From NCBI GenBank assembly GCA_042219045.1, contig JBDGQO010000036.1, forward strand, positions 8,118 to 36,999: DNA of 28,882 nucleotides. Reading direction: 5' to 3'. Positions within the stretch are counted from its first letter, which is position 1, and the number at the start of each line of letters is the position of its first letter. The notes beneath the pieces were generated by a model, which made no database searches, had not been told where the DNA came from, and worked only from the letters and a program-made list of their open reading frames with translations. Source of the DNA: Candidatus Bipolaricaulia bacterium. Lineage in GTDB: Bacteria > Bipolaricaulota > Bipolaricaulia > RBG-16-55-9. Positions 15,917 to 24,402 of the stretch are shown in pieces. Both the position numbers and the translations under genes were made by a program.

Positions 15917-17722
15917 ATGACGCTGGAGATTGCACTGGTCTTCGCCTTGCTCATCGCGGCGCTGGTCGTCTTTGCGCTGGACCTGTTCCCCATCGACTTC
16001 GTCGCGTTCGGCATCATGGCGGCGATGCTCGTTTTGGCGCCCGTGGTCGGCCTGACGCCACGGGACGCCATTTCGGGATTCAGCAACCCGGCCACGATCA
16101 CGGTGCTGGCAATGTTCATCCTGAGCGGCGGCATCTATCGCACGGGGGTGGTCAACGAGCTGGGCCACCGGGCGATTCGCATGGCCGGCGGCAGTGAGAT
16201 GCGCCAGCTCCTGGTCGTCATGCTGATCGTCGGGCCCACTTCGGCGTTCATCAACAACACGGCGGCCGTTGCCATCCTTATTCCGCTCGTCACGACGATG
16301 GCGCGCGAACAGAACCGGGCGCCGTCCAAGCTGCTCATTCCGCTCTCCTACACGTCGCAACTGGCGGGCGTCATTACCCTGATCGGCACGTCGACCAACA
16401 TCCTGGCCAGCGAGCTGGCGGCGGAGGCGGGCCGGAGCGGGTGCGAGGTCTGCCACGCGTTCGGCCTGTTCGAGTTTGCGCCGATCGGCCTGCTGATCTT
16501 CGTCGTCGGCGCCGTCTATCTGCTGGGGGTGGGCCAGCGGCTGTTGCCCGAGCGCCGGATGGAGCGCGAGATCACCGAGCGCTACGAGGTGACCGAATAC
16601 CTGAGCGAGGTCGTCGTCCTGCGGGGCTCGGAGCTGGTGGGACGCACGCTCGTGGAGGCCCGCTTGAGCGAGCGCTTCGACGTGCAGGTCCTGGAGATCA
16701 TCCGCGAGGGCCAGAAGCTCGGGCCTGCGTTGAGCAACCGCGTCCTGCAGCCGGGCGACATTCTCTTCATCCGGGCCGGCAGCGATCAGCTTCTGGCCAT
16801 CAAGGACGCCGTGCAGGGCCTGGCGATCGAGCCCGAAGTCCGGCTGGGCGATCAGGCGCTGGCGGGGGACGAATTGGGCCTGCTGGAGGTCGTGGTCGCG
16901 CCGAACGCCAGCCTCATCGGCGGCACGTTAGAGAGCACCAACTTCCGCAATCGATTCAACGCCACTGTCATTGCCATGCAGAAGCACGGGGCGTTCATCC
17001 GCGAGCGCCTCGGGAAAGTCCGCCTGGACTTCGGCGACACGCTGCTCGTGCAGGGTGAGAAGCGCAGCCTGGAGCAGTTCAAACGCCATCCCGACTTCAT
17101 CGTCACCGAAGAGCTGCAGCCCGAAGCGTTCCGCCGGGAGAAGATGCCCATCGCGCTGGCGATCGTGGGCGGCGTCGTGCTGGTGGCGGCGTTGGGGGTG
17201 CCGATTCTCGTCACCGCCATGGTCGGCTGCGTGCTCATGGTCTTGACGGGCTGTCTGAGCGTGACCGAGCTCCACGAGTCGATCCGCTGGGACGTTATCT
17301 TTCTGCTGGCCGGCGTGATTCCGCTCGGATTGGCTATGGAGCAGACAGGCGGCGCCGAGCTGTTGGCCCAGATGGTTGCGGGATCGGCCGAGCACGTGGC
17401 GCCGATCGTCGTGCTGATGGCGTTTTACGTGATCAGTATGCTTCTCACCGGGGTCATCTCCAACAACGCGACGGTCGTTGTCCTGGTGCCTGTGGGGGTG
17501 GCCACGGCCCAAACGCTGGGGCTCAACCCTCAGGCGTTTATCCTGGCGATCATGTTCGCCGCGTCGACGAGCTTCTGGACGCCCGTGGGCTATCAGACCA
17601 ACACGATGGTCTACGGGCCCGGCGGCTATAAGTTCCTCGATTTCGTCAAAGTGGGCGGGCCCTTGAATATCATCCTGGCGGTGTTGACCCCCATCTTCAT
17701 CTATCTCATCTGGGGCTTGTAG
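15917..17722 (+). CDS. SLC13/DASS family permease with two cytoplasmic TrkA-C (RCK_C) domains
   Basis: Motifs GFSNPAT, SAFINNT, PSKLLIPLSY, TLIGTSTN, SNNAT and TPVGYQTNTMVYGPGGY.F.DF; two central RCK_C repeats. Start is ATG 15917 or GTG 15911. Confidence 0.92.
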   Translation: MTLEIALVFALLIAALVVFALDLFPIDFVAFGIMAAMLVLAPVVGLTPRDAISGFSNPATITVLAMFILSGGIYRTGVVNELGHRAIRMAGGSEMRQLLVVMLIVGPTSAFINNTAAVAILIPLVTTMAREQNRAPSKLLIPLSYTSQLAGVITLIGTSTNILASELAAEAGRSGCEVCHAFGLFEFAPIGLLIFVVGAVYLLGVGQRLLPERRMEREITERYEVTEYLSEVVVLRGSELVGRTLVEARLSERFDVQVLEIIREGQKLGPALSNRVLQPGDILFIRAGSDQLLAIKDAVQGLAIEPEVRLGDQALAGDELGLLEVVVAPNASLIGGTLESTNFRNRFNATVIAMQKHGAFIRERLGKVRLDFGDTLLVQGEKRSLEQFKRHPDFIVTEELQPEAFRREKMPIALAIVGGVVLVAALGVPILVTAMVGCVLMVLTGCLSVTELHESIRWDVIFLLAGVIPLGLAMEQTGGAELLAQMVAGSAEHVAPIVVLMAFYVISMLLTGVISNNATVVVLVPVGVATAQTLGLNPQAFILAIMFAASTSFWTPVGYQTNTMVYGPGGYKFLDFVKVGGPLNIILAVLTPIFIYLIWGL

Positions 17723-17749
17723 GCCAAGCGTTCACACCGTGTGTCGCGG

Positions 17750-17778
17750 TTGACGCGGATGAGTCGGCAAAGTATGAT
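17750..17778 (+). promoter_or_regulatory. Sigma70 promoter of the his operon (TTGACG-N17-TATGAT)
   Basis: Both hexamers match consensus at 5/6 with 17-nt spacing. A short palindrome CACAC-C-GTGTG lies just upstream (17733-17743). Confidence 0.8.
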
Positions 17779-17808
17779 AACATCACGCCAAACAACGGGG
17801 TGATAACC

Positions 17809-17889
17809 ATGACGACGCCAATGCGCAGCCTTTCTCCGATCACCAACGGACGCCGAATCCATCACCCCCGTTCTCACTGTGTTCATTGA
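17809..17889 (+). CDS. hisL: Putative his operon leader peptide MTTPMRSLSPITNGRRIHHPRSHCVH (26 aa)
   Basis: It has its own SD (GGGGTGA, 17797-17803) and lies between the promoter and hisG. Four of the last nine sense codons are His. It is too short to appear in the ORF track. Confidence 0.7.
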   Translation: MTTPMRSLSPITNGRRIHHPRSHCVH

Positions 17890-17969
17890 GTGTTCCCATC
17901 CCCCTCCCGTCACGCCACTCCTAGCCCCCAACAAAGCGGTCGGCGCTCCGGACAGGAGGTTCTCCGACG

Positions 17970-18833
17970 ATGGCCGATGACCTGGTCCGCATTGCGGTTC
18001 CCAACAAGGGGCGACTGAGCGAACGGACGCTGGAGCTGCTGTCACAAACGGGCCTGCATGTGCCCCGACACGCCCGGAGTTTGATGGCCGACGTCAACGG
18101 GCGCTGGCGGCTGCTGTTCGTGCGCACCGACGACATTCCCGAGTACGTGGCCGCGGGCACGGCCGATGCGGGGGTGACTGGCCTCGACCTTGTCGCCGAG
18201 CACGGCGTCGACGTGGGGACGCTGCTCTCGCTCGGGTTCGGCCGCTGTCGCCTGGCGATCGCCGTTCCCAAGGACGGGCCCTACGAGACCTTGGCCGACC
18301 TGAACGGATGTCAGGTGGCCACGGAGTTCGAACAGGTCACCGCCCGGTTCTTTGCCGAATGGGGCATGGACGTCGAGGTCGTGCCGTTGTCGGGGGCGGC
18401 GGAGATCGCCCCGCACATCGGCGTCGCCGATGCGATCGTCGACCTCGTCGAAACGGGATCCACCCTGCGCCAGAACGGGCTCGCCGAGCTGACCACGATC
18501 CTCGACTCGGAAGCGGTCGTCGTCGTCAATCACGACAGCCTCCGGGCGAAGAACGCCCAATTGGAAGAGCTCCGCTCGGCGCTTCGGGGCGTGCTCGACG
18601 CGCGGGCGCGGCGCTATCTTATGCTGAACGTCCGTCGCGAGCACTTGGCGGACGTTAAAGCGCTTATGCCAGGCGTCACGGCCCCGACCGTCATGCCGCT
18701 GTTGGATCACGAGGACTGGGTGGCGGTCCACGCCGTGATCGGCGAGGCGCAGGTCAATCGGCTGGTCCCGCAGTTGAAGCAGGCCGGTGCGGAAGGATTG
18801 CTCGTGTTGCCGATTGAGAGGATGGTGCCTTGA
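17970..18833 (+). CDS. hisG: ATP phosphoribosyltransferase, long form with C-terminal regulatory domain
   Basis: Motifs IAVPNKGRL, RTDDIP.YV, GVTGLDL and ADAIVDLVETGSTLRQNGL; C-terminal PTVMPL...GAEGLLVLPIERMVP; SD AGGAGGT. Confidence 0.97.
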   Translation: MADDLVRIAVPNKGRLSERTLELLSQTGLHVPRHARSLMADVNGRWRLLFVRTDDIPEYVAAGTADAGVTGLDLVAEHGVDVGTLLSLGFGRCRLAIAVPKDGPYETLADLNGCQVATEFEQVTARFFAEWGMDVEVVPLSGAAEIAPHIGVADAIVDLVETGSTLRQNGLAELTTILDSEAVVVVNHDSLRAKNAQLEELRSALRGVLDARARRYLMLNVRREHLADVKALMPGVTAPTVMPLLDHEDWVAVHAVIGEAQVNRLVPQLKQAGAEGLLVLPIERMVP

Positions 18834-18834
18834 G

Positions 18835-20115
18835 ATGAAGCTTTATCATTTGGAAGCCCTTCGGGCGCCGGATCGCGCGGAGCTCCTGCGTCGACCGCAC
18901 GCGCGCGACGCCGAGGTGCGCGAGGGCGTCCAGGGGATCATCGACGACGTCCGCGAGCGCGGCGATGCGGCCCTGCGCGACTACAGCGAGCGCTTCGACG
19001 GCGTCGCCCTTGATGACGTTCGGGTGGATGGGTCCGACATCGAGGGCGAATTCGAGGCTCTCGGCGAAGCACAACGCGAAGCGATGGACACGGCCCGGGC
19101 CAACATCGAGCGGTTCCACGCGCCGCAACGGATCGAGCCCTACGACGTCGAGACGGGGCCCGGCCTCCAAGCCGGCCAGCGCGTCGTGCCCCAACGCCGC
19201 GTCGGCATTTACGTTCCCCAGGGACTGGTCTCGTCGCTATTGATGGCCGCCGTGCCGGCCCGGTTGGCCGGCGTGGCCGAGCTGGCGGTCGCGACGCCGC
19301 CCGACGCGTCGGGAGCCGTGTCCGAGATCATTCGCGCCACGTCGGATCATCTTGGCATCGAGGAATTGTATGCGGTCGGCGGCGCGCAGGCGATCGCCGC
19401 GCTGGCGCATGGAACGGACACGATCCCGGCGGTGGAGAAAGTCGTCGGGCCCGGCAATGCCTACGTGACCGCGGCCAAGGCGCTGGTCCGCGACACGGTC
19501 GGCATTGATCTCCTGGCCGGACCGAGCGAGGTGATGCTGCTTGTGGAGCCCACAGACGCGTTCCCCGTGGAGACATGGGCTGGTTGGGCCGCGGACGAGC
19601 TGCGGGCCCAGTTGGAGCACGGGCCGGGCACGTCCGCGGTTTTGCTCACGCCCTCGGTCGACCTGGCCCAGCGGGTCACGGCGAGGTTCGACGAGGCCGA
19701 GCTCGCCGACCGCCACACGGCGGCGGTCATCTATCGCGATCCGGGCCGCGGGCTGGCCTTCGTGAACGCCTATGGGCCGGAGCACCTGGCGATCTGGAGC
19801 GATCAGGCCGAGGATTGGCTTAACGGCGTCGACAGTGCCGGTTCGGTGTTCCTCGGGCCTTGGGCGCCCGTGGCGCTCGGCGACTTCGCCGCCGGCACGA
19901 ACCACGTCCTGCCGACCGCCCAGGGCGCGCGTCACATGAGCGGGTTGAGCGTCCGGGATTTCCAGAAGACGATCAGCTATCAGCGCGTGAGTGCCGAGGG
20001 CTTGCGCGGGCTCCGTGACACGGTGACGACGTTGGCACGGGCCGAGGGACTCCACGCCCATGCTCGATCCGTCGAAGCTCGGTTGAAGGAGGACGGTTAT
20101 GCGTCGAACGCTTGA
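18835..20115 (+). CDS. hisD: Histidinol dehydrogenase
   Basis: Motifs VGIYVP, VGGAQAIAALA, KVVGPGNAYV, AGPSE, AQLEH, PEHL, GDFAAGTNHVLPT and EGLHAH. ATG 18835 lies 1 nt after the hisG stop. Confidence 0.96.
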   Translation: MKLYHLEALRAPDRAELLRRPHARDAEVREGVQGIIDDVRERGDAALRDYSERFDGVALDDVRVDGSDIEGEFEALGEAQREAMDTARANIERFHAPQRIEPYDVETGPGLQAGQRVVPQRRVGIYVPQGLVSSLLMAAVPARLAGVAELAVATPPDASGAVSEIIRATSDHLGIEELYAVGGAQAIAALAHGTDTIPAVEKVVGPGNAYVTAAKALVRDTVGIDLLAGPSEVMLLVEPTDAFPVETWAGWAADELRAQLEHGPGTSAVLLTPSVDLAQRVTARFDEAELADRHTAAVIYRDPGRGLAFVNAYGPEHLAIWSDQAEDWLNGVDSAGSVFLGPWAPVALGDFAAGTNHVLPTAQGARHMSGLSVRDFQKTISYQRVSAEGLRGLRDTVTTLARAEGLHAHARSVEARLKEDGYASNA

Positions 20116-21133
20116 GGGCCTCGCCCCCTACCGGCCCCCCGAATCCGAGGGCCGGCCGCTGCACCGCAACACAAACCGCTGGGGCGCCCATTCCGTGTGG
20201 CGCCGGTTGGCCGACCTCGCGGCCGATCTGGACCTGAGCGCCTACCCCGACGGATCCGCATCCGGCGTCCGCGAGGCGCTGGCCGCGCGCTACGAGCTTC
20301 CCCCGGACTGGTTCGTCGTCGGCAACGGCTCGAACGAGGTCTTCGAGGTGCTGATGAAGACGCTCTTGGACCCTGGCGAGCTCGTGCTCCATCCGAGCCC
20401 CAGCTACGGGATGTATCCCCACTACGCGCTCGCCAACGCCGCCTCCGTCGACGACGTCGAGCTGAACGAGGACTTCGACCTGGAGGCGCCGCCGTTCGTG
20501 GAGCGCCATCCCGAGCTGATCGTGCTCTGCTCGCCGAACAACCCGACGGGCAACGCGCTCAATCCCGACGCCGTCCACGCGCTCTTGGAAGCCGATCCCG
20601 AGCGCTTCGTGATCGTGGACGAGGCCTACGCGGAGTTCGCGTCGCAGAGCTGGCTGTCGCGTGTCCCGGACTACCCGAACCTCATCGTGGTCCGGACGAT
20701 GTCCAAAGCGTTCGGGCTGGCCGGCCTGCGCCTGGGTTACGCCGCCGCGCATCCGGAGATCCTGGACGACGTCGAGCGGGCCCGGCTGCCCTACAACGTC
20801 AACGCGCTGACGCAGGCCCTTGCTGACGCCGCGTTGCGCGAGCCCCAGTTCGCCGACGACTACGTCGCCCATATCCGGGACGAACGCCCGCGCTGGGCCG
20901 AGGCCCTCGGCCGACGCGGCTTCCGCGTCTGGCCCTCGGAGGCCAACTTCCTGCTGGCCGGCGTCCCCGACGGCGTCGAGCGCGAGGACCTCATGGCCGA
21001 TCTGCACGAGGCGGGCATCTTGATTCGCGCGCCGGGCTCGCACCCGCGGCTGGCCCACGACGTCCGCATCACCGTCGGCACGGGCGAGGACCGGGAGGCG
21101 CTTATGGCCGCGCTCGACGAGGTGTTGCCATGA
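20099..21133 (+). CDS. hisC: Histidinol-phosphate aminotransferase
   Basis: Motifs GNGSNE, LCSPNNPTG, VDEAYAEF and RTMSKAFGLAGLRLGY. Confidence 0.96.
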   Translation: MRRTLEGLAPYRPPESEGRPLHRNTNRWGAHSVWRRLADLAADLDLSAYPDGSASGVREALAARYELPPDWFVVGNGSNEVFEVLMKTLLDPGELVLHPSPSYGMYPHYALANAASVDDVELNEDFDLEAPPFVERHPELIVLCSPNNPTGNALNPDAVHALLEADPERFVIVDEAYAEFASQSWLSRVPDYPNLIVVRTMSKAFGLAGLRLGYAAAHPEILDDVERARLPYNVNALTQALADAALREPQFADDYVAHIRDERPRWAEALGRRGFRVWPSEANFLLAGVPDGVEREDLMADLHEAGILIRAPGSHPRLAHDVRITVGTGEDREALMAALDEVLP

Positions 21134-21729
21134 CCGTCACGATCGCCGACTTCAACGTGGGCAACCTGCATAGCCTCCAGAAAGCGTTCCAAAAACTGGG
21201 CGCCGATACGGTCATGACGCCGGACGTCCGGGCATGGCTCGACGCCGAGGTGCTCGTCATCCCGGGGGACGGGGCGTTTGCGGCGATGATGGCGCCGATC
21301 GAGGGCCACCGCGAGGCGCTCGCCGAACGGGTGCGGTCTGGGCCGACGCTCGGGATCTGCATCGGGCTGCAGATCGCCTTCGAGGCCAGCACGGAGGACC
21401 CCCACGTGGCCGGCCTCGGCGTGCTCGACGGGACCATCGAACGGCTTCCCGCCGACCGACTGCCGCACATGGGCTGGAACACCGTTCGCCACAGCTCCTC
21501 GGAGCTCTTCGAGGAGATCCCGGATGAGAGCTACTTCTACTTCGTGCACAGCTACGGGGCGTTGGCCCACGGCGCCGCCATCGCGTGGACGGACTACGGC
21601 GGGCCCATCGTGGCGGGGGTTGAGATGGGGCCGGCCAGCTATGCGGTCCAGTTCCATCCGGAAAAGAGCGCGCCATGGGGGCTGAAGCTGTTGGAAAATT
21701 TTCTGACGATCGCGGAGGATGCGCGATGA
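21130..21729 (+). CDS. hisH: Imidazole glycerol phosphate synthase, glutaminase subunit
   Basis: Motifs GNLHS, LGICIGLQ, PHMGWN, YFVHSY and QFHPEKS. Confidence 0.97.
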   Translation: MTVTIADFNVGNLHSLQKAFQKLGADTVMTPDVRAWLDAEVLVIPGDGAFAAMMAPIEGHREALAERVRSGPTLGICIGLQIAFEASTEDPHVAGLGVLDGTIERLPADRLPHMGWNTVRHSSSELFEEIPDESYFYFVHSYGALAHGAAIAWTDYGGPIVAGVEMGPASYAVQFHPEKSAPWGLKLLENFLTIAEDAR

Positions 21730-22448
21730 TCTGGGCGGCGGTCGACGTCATGGACGGTCAGTGCGTTCAGCTGCAAGGGGGCGATCCGGCCACGGCCCGG
21801 TTCAGACAGGACGCAATCCGGGCGGCGCGCCACTGGGAATCCGAGGGCGCCGACGGGCTCCATCTCGTCGACCTCGACGCCGCCATGGGCCAGGGGTCCA
21901 ACGTCGCGCTATTGCGCGAGACGATGCAGACCCTGCAACGGCCCGTCCAGGTTGGCGGCGGCGTGCGCGACGCGGCCCGCATCGGCGAGTGGATCACCGC
22001 CGGGGCCGAGCGGGTGATCCTCGGCACGCGGGCGATCCGCGAGCCGGATTGGCTAGCGGCCATGGCCGAGCGGTTCCCCGGGCGCCTCGTGGTGGCGCTC
22101 GACGCCCATGACGGCGAGGTGACCACCTCGGGCTGGAGCGAGGGATCGGGCGTCGGGGCGATCGACGTGGCCCGCGCGGTCGACGGCCTCGGGCTGGCCG
22201 CGCTGCTCTACACCAACGTCGGCATCGAGGGGGCCCTCGAGGGGCTCGATCCGACGCCGATCCAGGAGCTGTGTCAGGCTGTTGCGACCCCCGTCTTGGT
22301 CTCGGGCGGGATCACGACCGCCGACGACGTCAAAACGGCCTATCGGCTCGGCGCCAGCGGCGTCGTGGTCGGCACGGCGCTCTATGCGGAGACCGTCCGC
22401 ATGGACGAACTGCTCGCGATTTCTGAGGACGGAGGCGCCCACTCATGA
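21726..22448 (+). CDS. hisA: ProFAR isomerase
   Basis: ATG 21726 (ATGA overlap). Motifs AVD..DGQCVQL, LHLVDLDAA, VQVGGGVR, SGGI and GTALY. Confidence 0.95.
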   Translation: MIWAAVDVMDGQCVQLQGGDPATARFRQDAIRAARHWESEGADGLHLVDLDAAMGQGSNVALLRETMQTLQRPVQVGGGVRDAARIGEWITAGAERVILGTRAIREPDWLAAMAERFPGRLVVALDAHDGEVTTSGWSEGSGVGAIDVARAVDGLGLAALLYTNVGIEGALEGLDPTPIQELCQAVATPVLVSGGITTADDVKTAYRLGASGVVVGTALYAETVRMDELLAISEDGGAHS

Positions 22449-22999
22449 ACGCCGAGAACGCCTGGACGACGATCGAGCGCCGCACGGGCGAGACCGAGAT
22501 CACGCTCGAGCTGCGCTTGCGCGGAAACGGCCACGCCAACGTTGAGGCCGAGCCCTACTTCCTGCGCCACATGCTCGAGACCCTGGCCCGGCACGGCGGC
22601 CTCGACCTGGAGCTGCGCGCCTCGGGCGAGGACGAGCATCACCTGATTGAGGACGCCGGCATCGCGCTCGGCCACGGGATTCGGCAGGCATTGCCCGATC
22701 TCAAGATCGCCCGCATCGCCCACGCGGTCGTGCCGATGGACGACGCGCTCGTCATGGCGGCCGTGGATCTGGTGGATCGGCCCTATGCGGCCGTCGAGCT
22801 GCCGGATGGGATGTATGCGCACATGCTGCGCTCGCTGGCGCTCGACGGCAACTTGACCTTGCACGTCCGCCCGCTGGCCGGCGAGGCCCCGCACCACGTG
22901 GTCGAGGCCGCGTTCAAGGCGCTCGGCCGCGCGTTGGATCAGGCCGTTGCGCCCGCCTCCGAGGTGGCCAGCACCAAGGGCGAGGTGACGTGGCGATGA
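22445..22999 (+). CDS. hisB: Imidazoleglycerol-phosphate dehydratase (monofunctional)
   Basis: Motifs [38 protein letters not shown] and STKG. Confidence 0.95.
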   Translation: MNAENAWTTIERRTGETEITLELRLRGNGHANVEAEPYFLRHMLETLARHGGLDLELRASGEDEHHLIEDAGIALGHGIRQALPDLKIARIAHAVVPMDDALVMAAVDLVDRPYAAVELPDGMYAHMLRSLALDGNLTLHVRPLAGEAPHHVVEAAFKALGRALDQAVAPASEVASTKGEVTWR

Positions 23000-23754
23000 G
23001 CCTTGCGACCCGGATCATTCCCTGTCTTGACGTCGACGGCGGCCAGGTCGTCAAAGGGGTTCAGTTCGAAAACTTGCGCGAGATCGGCGACCCGGCCGAG
23101 CTGGCGGCGGCTTACGAACGGCAGGGCGCCGACGAGGTCGCCTTTCTGGATATTAGCGCCTCCGTGGAGCAGCGCGAGACGCTGTTGGAGACCGTCCGGC
23201 GCACCGCCGAGCGGCTGTTCATCCCCTTGACGGTCGGTGGGGGGGTCTCGTCCGTCGACGGGCTGCACCGGACGCTGCGTGCCGGCGCGGAGAAGGTCTC
23301 CATCAACACCGCGGCCGTCGAGTCGCCCGAGCTGATTCGGGAATGCGCCGAGCGCTTCGGGCGCCAGTGCGTCGTCGTCGCCATCGACGCCAAGCGCGTC
23401 GATGCGGGCCGATGGGAAGTCCACACGCACGGCGGCCGGACGCCGACGGGAATCGATGCGCTGACGTGGGCCCAACGCGTCGCTGAGTTGGGCGCGGGGG
23501 AGATTCTCCTGACGAGCATGGACGCGGACGGCACGCAGGGCGGCTACGACGTGGAGCTTACCCGGGCGGTCGTGGACGCCGTCGGCGTCCCCGTGATCGC
23601 CTCGGGCGGGGGCGGCTCGCCCGAGGATCTCTATGGCGCCCTGGCGGACGGCGGCGCTCAGGCGGCGCTCGCCGCCTCGATCTTCCACGATCGCCGCTAC
23701 ACCGTCGGCGACGTCAAACAATATCTGCGAGAGCGGGGCGTGACGGTCCGATGA
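22996..23754 (+). CDS. hisF: Imidazole glycerol phosphate synthase, cyclase subunit
   Basis: Motifs [43 protein letters not shown] and ALAASIFH. Confidence 0.97.
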   Translation: MSLATRIIPCLDVDGGQVVKGVQFENLREIGDPAELAAAYERQGADEVAFLDISASVEQRETLLETVRRTAERLFIPLTVGGGVSSVDGLHRTLRAGAEKVSINTAAVESPELIRECAERFGRQCVVVAIDAKRVDAGRWEVHTHGGRTPTGIDALTWAQRVAELGAGEILLTSMDADGTQGGYDVELTRAVVDAVGVPVIASGGGGSPEDLYGALADGGAQAALAASIFHDRRYTVGDVKQYLRERGVTVR

Positions 23755-24335
23755 TCGAGATCGACGACGTTCGGTGGGACGCGGACGGGCTCGTGCCCGT
23801 GATCGCCCAGGACGATGTCGACGGCCGCGTGCTGATGCTGGCGTACGCCGATCCGGACGCACTTCGACAGACGCTCGAGACGGGCTACATGCACTACTGG
23901 AGCCGCTCGCGCGGCGAGCTCTGGCAGAAGGGGGCGAGCTCGGGCAACGTCCAGCGCGTGCGCTCGCTCCATCTCGACTGCGACAACGACGCCGTGCTCG
24001 CCCGCGTCGCGCAGACGGGCGTGGCCTGCCACACGGGCGCGCCGACGTGCTTCGGCGAGGGGACCCCGACTGTCCTGGACGAGCTTGGGGAGGTGGTCCG
24101 GGATCGAGCCGGCCGATCGCCGGACGACTCCTACGTTGCCGGGCTGTTGGGCGACGAACGACGGCTGCGCCAGAAAGTCGGCGAGGAGGCCGTCGAGGTC
24201 GCGCTCGAGGCGGACGACGAGGCATTGGCGCACGAGGCGGCGGACCTCGTCTTCCATCTCTTGGTGCTGTTGTTCGCCCGCGAGCGCCCGTGGTCGGACG
24301 TGCTGCGCGAGCTCGAGCGGCGCCGCCCGCGCTGA
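23751..24335 (+). CDS. hisIE: Bifunctional phosphoribosyl-AMP cyclohydrolase / phosphoribosyl-ATP pyrophosphatase
   Basis: Motifs YWSRSR.ELW.KG.SSG, DCD.D and ACHTG..TCF, followed by KVGEEAVE and EAADLVFH. Confidence 0.96.
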   Translation: MIEIDDVRWDADGLVPVIAQDDVDGRVLMLAYADPDALRQTLETGYMHYWSRSRGELWQKGASSGNVQRVRSLHLDCDNDAVLARVAQTGVACHTGAPTCFGEGTPTVLDELGEVVRDRAGRSPDDSYVAGLLGDERRLRQKVGEEAVEVALEADDEALAHEAADLVFHLLVLLFARERPWSDVLRELERRRPR

Positions 24336-24341
24336 GCGCGG

Positions 24342-24370
24342 TTGGCGTGACGGGCCCCTTGCCTTATCAT
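24342..24370 (+). promoter_or_regulatory. Candidate sigma70 promoter for the Asp23 gene (TTGGCG-N17-TATCAT)
   Basis: Canonical spacing, upstream of SD GGAGG and ATG 24403. Confidence 0.45.
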
Positions 24371-24402
24371 GGATGGGTGACAAGATCCCAGGAGGGGTTG
24401 CC

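Noticed and set aside
17887..17889. Read-through or selenocysteine at the leader TGA fusing it to HisG
   Set aside because: The leader and hisG are in different frames (offset 161 nt), and no SECIS-like hairpin is evident.
17780..17969. T-box riboswitch or classical terminator attenuator for the his operon
   Set aside because: I see no T-box consensus (AAGGTGGTACC-like with stem I motifs) and no hairpin followed by a U-run. The leader-peptide model fits better.
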